A DNA stretch of 64,000 nucleotides from Candidatus Dormiibacterota bacterium (GTDB taxonomy: Bacteria; Chloroflexota; Dormibacteria; Aeolococcales; Bog-877): NCBI GenBank assembly GCA_963701235.1, contig OY969577.1, positions 198,841 to 262,840 of the forward strand, written 5' to 3'. The notes under the pieces are model-generated. The model saw only the letters and a program-made list of their open reading frames with translations, had not been told where the DNA came from and ran no database searches. Numbering within the stretch: the first letter of the stretch is position 1; every line of letters begins with the position of its first letter. Positions 56,661 to 64,000 of this stretch are shown here, one piece after another. A program made the translations under genes and the position numbers.

Positions 56661-56699
56661 CAAAAAGAAAGGAGGGGCGACCCTAGGGCCGCCCCTCCT
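56661..56699 (-). terminator. Rho-independent terminator downstream of groEL
   Basis: Perfect 10-bp stem AGGAGGGGCG/CGCCCCTCCT with a 10-nt loop. On the minus strand it is followed by TTTCTTTTT. Confidence 0.6.
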
Positions 56700-56733
56700 C
56701 AGCACGAATCCGGCGCTTAGACCGGGATCGCGC

Positions 56734-58341
<1,608 letters not shown>

Positions 58342-58393
58342 ACGGCTCTCTCCTGTTCTCCCCACCTAGACAGCTGAGGTTTAGGACCTAATG

Positions 58394-58420
58394 TTAGCAC
58401 TCGCACACCCCGAGTGCTAG
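58394..58420 (-). promoter_or_regulatory. CIRCE operator (HrcA binding site) upstream of groEL
   Basis: TTAGCACTC-N9-GAGTGCTAG matches the CIRCE consensus TTAGCACTC-N9-GAGTGCTAA in 17 of 18 positions. Located 53 nt upstream of the groEL start. Confidence 0.8.
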
Positions 58421-58483
58421 CAGCCCGGGGCGGACAGTGCTAGCCCAAAGACACCACCGCAGCATCTCCGCGATCATGGCTGG

Positions 58484-59293
58484 ATGGACGAGGAGAGTGG
58501 GCCGCCGGAGACCGCCTTCCGGCCGGTGTCGGGACCCGGGGAGGCGGAGTGCGCCCGTCAGTTTCTGCTGGCCCAGGGCTGGGCTGGGGTAGCCGCGGGT
58601 GAGCACCTGGCGCGGCTGGCTCGGCGCGGCATCGGCCCGGAGCAGGTGCTCTGGTGGCTGCCCGGGTTGGCGGGCGAGGCCAGAGCGGTGGCTCTCCTCC
58701 ACCAGGGGCTCCTGGGAGTGCTGCTCACCTCCAACGATGAGAGCGCTGCAGCGCGAGCGCTGCTGGAGCGGCAGCTGCCGCTGCTGCGCCAGATTGTGAT
58801 CCCCGAAGGTCAGCTGGACACCTCAGGCCTGGAGGGCTTCAGCTACTACCGCCGCGAATTGACCGTGGCTCCCAAGATCCGGGTTCCGGAGCTGCCCCTT
58901 CTGGCCACCAGAGCCGGTGGGGCCGGGGATGCGGAGCAGATCCACCGCGTCTACCAGCACGTCAGCTGGATGAGCCGGGAGGGCCCCGAGGAATGGAGGC
59001 GACGGATCGTCGAGCAGCCCTCCTGGGTGGCTGAGCTGGACGGAGAGATAGTGGCCGTCGCCCGCTGGACCATGGCCTTCGGCTCTTGGCTTGAGGTCGG
59101 GGGGGTGGCGACCCACCCCGAGTTCCGGCGCCGGGGAGCCGCTACTGCGGTGACGGTGGCGGCGGCCTCGGCCGCGCTGGCCGCGGGCCGGCAGGTGGTG
59201 CTCCGCTATGGCGATCCGGCCCTGGCTCCGCTCTACCACCCCCTGGGTTTCGAGCACGTCGGCAGGGAGCTGGTGTTCCAGCGTCGTAGCTGA
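58484..59293 (+). CDS. GNAT-family N-acetyltransferase
   Basis: C-terminal acetyl-CoA-binding fold VGGVATHPEFRRRGAATAV. Confidence 0.7.
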   Translation: MDEESGPPETAFRPVSGPGEAECARQFLLAQGWAGVAAGEHLARLARRGIGPEQVLWWLPGLAGEARAVALLHQGLLGVLLTSNDESAAARALLERQLPLLRQIVIPEGQLDTSGLEGFSYYRRELTVAPKIRVPELPLLATRAGGAGDAEQIHRVYQHVSWMSREGPEEWRRRIVEQPSWVAELDGEIVAVARWTMAFGSWLEVGGVATHPEFRRRGAATAVTVAAASAALAAGRQVVLRYGDPALAPLYHPLGFEHVGRELVFQRRS

Positions 59294-59318
59294 GCGGGAC
59301 CCGACGTATCATCGGCCA

Positions 59319-60485
59319 GTGCCTGATCTCAAGTCGGTGCTGGCCTGGTCAGCGGTTGCGGCCGGGGTGGCGATAGCCGCGGAGCGCCGGCTCTCTAAGT
59401 CACTCGAAGACCCGGAGTCGCCCATCCTGGACTGGGAGTTGGTCCGCCGGACCGCCTACGCCCGCTCGGGCGGCGATGGCATGGCCGAGGTCGAGCAGGC
59501 TGGCCGCGATTACGACCCCCTGGTGGCTGAGCTGGTCCCGATGCTCGCCGAGGCCTGCCACACCAGCCAGCAGGACGCGACCTTCGGCCGGGTGAAGGTG
59601 GTTGGCCGGCATGGTTTCGTGGACCAGAACCTGGCCATGATGCGGCGGATCCTCCGGCCTCTGGAGGAGCGCCAGGGCGGCTGGGGTCTCATCAAGCCCA
59701 GCCCTCTCATGCGCGTACCCAGCAGTCTCTACATCGGCACCTTGCTGGGCCTGATGGCCCGAAGGGTGCTGGGGCAGTACGACCCGGTGCTAACCCCGCC
59801 ACCCGGCCCCGCGGTGACGGAGCCGGATGCCGAGCCGCTGCCCAGTCCGGTGCTGTTGATCGTGGAGCCAAACGTTCGTCGCTTCTCAGAGGCCTCGGAG
59901 CTCCCCCTCGACTCGCTGCGGCGCTGGCTCATGCTCCATGAGCTCACTCATGCCTGGCAGTTCGAGCTCCACCCCTGGCTCGGGAAGTACCTGTCCACCA
60001 TGATCGGAGAGCTGAGTCGGGCCCCCGGTAACGGCAAAGCCAAGGGCCTGGACGAGATGGTTCAGGCGGCCCGCAGTCTGAGGCCTCAACTGGCGCTGAT
60101 CGGTCGGCTGCAAGCGGTGATGACCGTTCTCGAGGGACACGGCAACTACATAATGCGCGAGGCTGGCCGACGGCACTTTCCCGACTTCGACACCCTCGAT
60201 GATGCCTTCCGCCGCCGCCACGACCCTCCCCAGCCGGCGGAGCGACTCCTGCTGCTGATCTCGGGAATTGCCTTCAAGCTCCAGCAGTACCAACAGGGAG
60301 AGAAGTTCCTGAGGGCGGTCGGCAAGGCAGCCGGTCAGGATGGCCTGGACCGGATCTGGTCGGGGCCTGAGAGCCTTCCCAGTTGGTCCGAGGTGCGCCA
60401 CCCCGAGCAGTGGCTACGCCGCTCCGGCTTCAGCAACGAGGAACCCGAGGCCCCCTCCGCGCATCCCCAGCCGGCCCCCGCCTGA
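59319..60485 (+). CDS. Zincin-like HExxH metalloprotease-family protein (DUF2342-like)
   Basis: LMLHELTHAWQFE motif. GTG start chosen downstream of the GNAT stop. Confidence 0.55.
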   Translation: MPDLKSVLAWSAVAAGVAIAAERRLSKSLEDPESPILDWELVRRTAYARSGGDGMAEVEQAGRDYDPLVAELVPMLAEACHTSQQDATFGRVKVVGRHGFVDQNLAMMRRILRPLEERQGGWGLIKPSPLMRVPSSLYIGTLLGLMARRVLGQYDPVLTPPPGPAVTEPDAEPLPSPVLLIVEPNVRRFSEASELPLDSLRRWLMLHELTHAWQFELHPWLGKYLSTMIGELSRAPGNGKAKGLDEMVQAARSLRPQLALIGRLQAVMTVLEGHGNYIMREAGRRHFPDFDTLDDAFRRRHDPPQPAERLLLLISGIAFKLQQYQQGEKFLRAVGKAAGQDGLDRIWSGPESLPSWSEVRHPEQWLRRSGFSNEEPEAPSAHPQPAPA

Positions 60486-60610
60486 TCCCAGCGCGCGATC
60501 AGCGGCGAGGACAGGCCATGGGAAGCAATCGCTGACCATCGCGGGTACACTTCCCCAGTGAAACGCCGTGCGCGGGCACAGGGTGGTCAGCCCTCGCAGC
60601 CTGTGTATGC

Positions 60611-62260
60611 ATGGGCACCACTGGAGCACCTGCTATGAAGTCTCCCCAGCATCGGTCGGGCTCACAGTCGGTAGGGGCGGCGCTGCGTTCCGAGCTCGGA
60701 CGGCTGCGCCGGGCACTCAGCGATTTGAGCAGGGCAGGTGTACGTCTCCAACCGGCGTTGGTGCGGGTGCCGACTCCGGGCGGCGAGTTGCCGCCCCAGA
60801 AGCTTCCTCTCGACTCACGACCGTTCCAGATGGCCTTCGGAAGGCGCAAGGACGGCAAGACCCAAGACGATGAGGACGGCGAGGAGACCGCCGAGAACTC
60901 GGCCGAGAGCGAGCCGGATCTCACCCAGCTGCCGCCGATTCCCTCGGCGATGGGCGCCACCGAGATGGCGCAGGAGTCCGACCTGGGGTCGGATCAGGCA
61001 TCACCCGCCGAGGAATCGGTTAACACCTGGGCTCCGCTCGAGCCGGCGCCGACGGCTGAGGCGGAGGCTGGAGCCGAGGTAGACGGGGAAGCACTTCCAG
61101 AGGCCGATCTCCCGGCTTGGGGATCGCGCTCGATCGATGCCTCTGCGTTCGAGACCCCGGTACCCGCCGCCCCGGGTGGCACCGAGCCCGAATCAGAGGA
61201 GCCCGATCCCTGGGGTTCGGCCACGGTTGACGATGACGACCAGACTACTTTCGCTCCCTCGGTGGTCGGACCGGGGGGTGTCGGATTAGACAACCTAACC
61301 TGGCTTCCCGAGGGTGATGACGAGCCCGCACCCTGGGCGGTCACGGCCGATGCCGAGGAGCAGCCCGCGGCGGCCCTGACCGACAGCTTCGCCGCCGGTG
61401 GGACCGAAGTCTTGGAGGATGTCGAGGTGGTGGAGGAGATCCAGGAAACCACGGCCGAACCCGTAATCGAGGAGGCGGCAGGCGCCCACGAGCCCGAAAC
61501 CCTGCCCGAGATCGAGGCTATTTCGGTGGCGCCCTGGGCAACCCCGGAGCCGGTGCCCGTGGCCACCGAGGCCGCCATATTCCCCGCCGCCGGCGCTGAC
61601 GTGTTCGGCGTGGCAACCGTTGAACCGGACCCTCTGCGGACACGGACATTCCCGCTGCCGGAGGGTGAGATCTTGTTCCGCAACCTCAGGGCCGGGTTCA
61701 CCGACCCCTCTCGTCTGCTCCGGCACCTGGCCGGCGAAGGCCACACCGGAGTCCTCCATGTGCTGGGAGTTGATGGCAGCAACGGCTATGTGGTCCTGGT
61801 CGACGGCTACGTGGTGGCGGTGGCCAATGACCGCCAGGGCAACATCACCACCACCAACCGGGTCTCCTTCCCCAACTTCCCCAACAGCCAGGACGCCATC
61901 AACGTGATCAGTTACTCGCGCCAGATCGCCCGAGGTCTGGGGCTGGTACTGCACGCCCCGGTTCGTTTCGCCGGGCTCGGCGCCATGTTCGTCAATCTGG
62001 AAGGGCTGCGCAGTTACCTGAGCAAGCACTCGTGCAGTGGCGGCCTGATCGTGCATGCCCAGGACGGCATCGGTGTCGCCCTCTTCGATGACGGCAAGCT
62101 GGTCGGCGCGTACGCCAACGGCAACGCCCCCACCTCCGATTTGACCCAGCTCAAGGAGTTGGTCAAGGACCTGGAGGCTGAGATCGACGTGAGATTCGGC
62201 GGCCCCAAGGAGCTTGAGCCCCTCGCTCTCGACACCCTACTGTCCGGCTATCCCTTGTGA
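60611..62260 (+). CDS. Acidic low-complexity protein with two C-terminal DUF4388 (PATAN-like) domains
   Basis: About 300 aa of E/D/P/A-rich region, then two repeats of the GxL...hTGvLhV...G...dG.vV.A pattern. Confidence 0.5.
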   Translation: MGTTGAPAMKSPQHRSGSQSVGAALRSELGRLRRALSDLSRAGVRLQPALVRVPTPGGELPPQKLPLDSRPFQMAFGRRKDGKTQDDEDGEETAENSAESEPDLTQLPPIPSAMGATEMAQESDLGSDQASPAEESVNTWAPLEPAPTAEAEAGAEVDGEALPEADLPAWGSRSIDASAFETPVPAAPGGTEPESEEPDPWGSATVDDDDQTTFAPSVVGPGGVGLDNLTWLPEGDDEPAPWAVTADAEEQPAAALTDSFAAGGTEVLEDVEVVEEIQETTAEPVIEEAAGAHEPETLPEIEAISVAPWATPEPVPVATEAAIFPAAGADVFGVATVEPDPLRTRTFPLPEGEILFRNLRAGFTDPSRLLRHLAGEGHTGVLHVLGVDGSNGYVVLVDGYVVAVANDRQGNITTTNRVSFPNFPNSQDAINVISYSRQIARGLGLVLHAPVRFAGLGAMFVNLEGLRSYLSKHSCSGGLIVHAQDGIGVALFDDGKLVGAYANGNAPTSDLTQLKELVKDLEAEIDVRFGGPKELEPLALDTLLSGYPL

Positions 62261-63060
62261 CCGACAGCCCTGGCTCAAGCGAGGGTGACGACCTTACTGA
62301 AAGCCAGCGGCAGTTCTCGCAGGTTGCGGAGGCCTATCGGCAGAGTCCTACCCACGCCGACCCGGTGTCGCTGGCGCGCTTTATCGCCCTAGCCGAGCTC
62401 AAGCCCAATCACCGGGTGCTGGACATCGCCACTGGCGCCGGCCACACAGCCCTGGCGGCGGCCCCTTACGTGCTCGAGGTAGTCGGCCTCGACATCACTC
62501 CCGAGATGCTCAACCAAGCCGAAGAACTTGCCGCCGAGCGCGAGGTCCGAAACGTCAGCTTCGTCATCGGCGACGCCCAGCAGCTTCCCTTTTCCGCATC
62601 CAGCTTCGACCGGGTCTTGGTCCGCTCTGCTCCCCACCACTTCAAGCAGCTGATCCCGGCGCTGGCCGAGGCCTACCGGGTGCTGCGTCCGGGTGGTGTC
62701 TTCGCGGTCAGCGACTGTTCCCCGCCGCCGGTTGTGCGTGACTGGCTGGAGGTGGTCGAGATCGGCAGGGACCCGTCTCACATCCGCAGCCGGGCTCTGG
62801 AGGAGTGGAGGGCGCTGCTCCAAGCCTTGGGGTTCACCGTGGAGCATGCCGAGCGCATCGAGCAGGAGAAGGACATCCTCGAGTGGTTCGAAATCGCCAA
62901 GGTTGGCGACAAGCAACAGCGGCACCTGCTCGACCTCTACGAGAGGGCCCCCCAGGCGGTGAAGGGGCAGCTCCTGGCCCAATGGCGGGAGGGGCGTTTC
63001 TACCATCGCTACTGGCATGCCCTGATCCGAGCGCGGCGGCCGATCCAGCCGCCAGCCTGA
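62257..63060 (+). CDS. Class I SAM-dependent methyltransferase (methyltransferase type 11-like)
   Basis: VLDIATGAGHTA motif I and DRVLVRSAPHHF post-II motif. Confidence 0.8.
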   Translation: MTDSPGSSEGDDLTESQRQFSQVAEAYRQSPTHADPVSLARFIALAELKPNHRVLDIATGAGHTALAAAPYVLEVVGLDITPEMLNQAEELAAEREVRNVSFVIGDAQQLPFSASSFDRVLVRSAPHHFKQLIPALAEAYRVLRPGGVFAVSDCSPPPVVRDWLEVVEIGRDPSHIRSRALEEWRALLQALGFTVEHAERIEQEKDILEWFEIAKVGDKQQRHLLDLYERAPQAVKGQLLAQWREGRFYHRYWHALIRARRPIQPPA

Positions 63061-63087
63061 ACTCCGCAACTCGATTACGCTAGGGCT

Positions 63088-63465
63088 GTGCCCGAGCCAG
63101 TCGACCTGAGCGGAATCCACCGCGAGCTGGACACGCTCAAGCGTGCGGTCTGTCACTGCCAGCTGCGTGGCGAGTGCCTGGGCTGCAAGGGCATTGAGAT
63201 GGTCCGCCAGCAACTGGAGGCGGTGGTCGCAGCCGCGTCGCAGCCGGTGCTTGTTCAGGTGGCCCAGGAGACCGCCGCCAAGGAGATGCTCACCCAGTTC
63301 GGCCAGATGCAGGAACGGCTGATGGACGATCCTCAGATGCGCCAGGCCGCCGACGCAGTCCGTGAGCGGCTGATGGGCGATCCCGACGCCCGCCGCATGA
63401 TCGAGGAGCTGATGCAGAGGCTGGGCGGCCAGGACGGCGGTCCGGAGCCGGATCAGCAGGAGTGA
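63088..63465 (+). CDS. Hypothetical helical protein (125 aa)
   Basis: ORF with a CHC...CLGC Cys cluster and a Met/Gln-rich helical C-terminal half. Confidence 0.4.
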   Translation: MPEPVDLSGIHRELDTLKRAVCHCQLRGECLGCKGIEMVRQQLEAVVAAASQPVLVQVAQETAAKEMLTQFGQMQERLMDDPQMRQAADAVRERLMGDPDARRMIEELMQRLGGQDGGPEPDQQE

Positions 63466-64000
63466 ATCGCTCTCGGCGCTCGGTGCTGGTCCTGCCCGGG
63501 AACAACCGGCGGATGGCCGAGAAAGCGACGACGCTGGACGCCGCAGAGGTGGTCCTTGATCTTGAGGATGCTGTTCCCAACATCCCGGCTGAGAAGGAGA
63601 ACGCCCGCAGGCTTCTGGTGGCCGCTCTGGAGGAGCTGGACTTTGGCCACCGGACAGTATCGGTGCGGATCAATGGCATCCAGGGACCGCACGCCCTGCG
63701 TGACGTTCTCGCCCTGGGGCCAGTAGCGGACAAGATCTCTTGCCTGGTGATACCCAAGGTCGCCTCCCCCTCCCAGGTCTCGTTCGTCGACCATCTGCTG
63801 AGTGGTCTGGAGGCAGAGGCGGGGATCTCGACACCGATCGGACTCGAGCTTCAGATCGAGGACCCCAAGGGCCTGGAGGCGGTCTCGGAGATTGCCGGCA
63901 CTTCAGTCCGGACCGAAGCCCTGATCTTTGGGCCAGGCGATTTCGCCGCCGCTATGGGGATGCCCCAGCTGCAGATCGGCCAGGAAATGGCCGGCTATCC
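63462..64000 (+). CDS. HpcH/HpaI aldolase / citrate-lyase beta-subunit (CitE)-like protein, 5' part (runs off the window)
   Basis: GTG at 63462 overlaps the upstream stop (GTGA). RSVLVLPGNNRRMAEKA...DAAEVVLDLEDAV matches the CitE-family N-terminus. No stop codon before the window end. Confidence 0.7.
   Translation, partial: MNRSRRSVLVLPGNNRRMAEKATTLDAAEVVLDLEDAVPNIPAEKENARRLLVAALEELDFGHRTVSVRINGIQGPHALRDVLALGPVADKISCLVIPKVASPSQVSFVDHLLSGLEAEAGISTPIGLELQIEDPKGLEAVSEIAGTSVRTEALIFGPGDFAAAMGMPQLQIGQEMAGY

Noticed and set aside
58366-58483. groES upstream of groEL
   Set aside because: No GroES-like ORF on the minus strand upstream of groEL. The minus-strand ORF 58394-58702 has no GroES similarity and overlaps the CIRCE and GNAT regions.

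Overview
This is a high-GC (~68%) chromosomal stretch, probably actinobacterial in character (TTG/GTG starts, polyphosphate-type ROK kinase, LmbE/PIG-L deacetylase, orphan groEL with a CIRCE operator, SUF system with SufU/SufT). It is mostly core metabolism and I found no transposases, integrases, CRISPR arrays or recognisable defence genes. Gene content in order:
- folate genes (folK, a folB-folP fusion) and an EF-G paralogue;
- pirin, YjbQ, NUDIX and PfkB kinase genes;
- an NRAMP-family transporter whose DPGN motif reads D-A-G-G (the Asn-to-Gly change I recall for the Mg2+-transporting NRMT subgroup), divergently paired with a soluble PRC-barrel/MgtE_N/CBS protein;
- a long Fe-S/sulfur block: iscS, an Rrf2 regulator, sufC-B-D, a Rieske ferredoxin, sufS, then a MoaD/CysO-type sulfur carrier ending GG-Ser and a BNR beta-propeller gene, then sufU-sufT behind a 440-bp lower-GC leader that carries a 16-codon ORF with a perfect Shine-Dalgarno (SD) and a terminator-like hairpin;
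- bioY and rsmG;
- a histidine-utilisation operon (hutH-hutU-hutF-hutI) with an FAD oxidase and a stand-alone murE;
- a zinc alcohol dehydrogenase broken by a single-base frameshift in a G6 run;
- a degenerate FolD-like domain fused to a formimino-THF cyclodeaminase-like domain;
- a persulfide-dioxygenase/rhodanese, HIT and rhodanese-E1 (ThiF/MoeB) trio;
- a lower-GC islet just upstream of a tRNA-Val encoding an HExxH (SprT-like) protein, small ORFs and two secreted proteins;
- rpsF-ssb-rpsR, a ROK kinase, serA, DUF1015, FmdB, a thioredoxin with an unusual CNPC active site, argS and a LON N-domain protein;
- a 65-bp tandem duplication at a convergent gene junction;
- two sigma/anti-sigma pairs bracketing a DUF62 (SAM hydroxide adenosyltransferase) and YjeF_N operon;
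- groEL with terminator and CIRCE, a GNAT, a zincin-like protein, a DUF4388 protein, a methyltransferase and a CitE-like gene running off the window.
The most interesting candidates are the NRMT-like transporter with its cytosolic MgtE_N/CBS partner, the GG-Ser sulfur carrier inside the suf locus, the sufU leader, and the tRNA-proximal low-GC islet. All calls rest on reading motifs in the translations by eye. No database searches were run.
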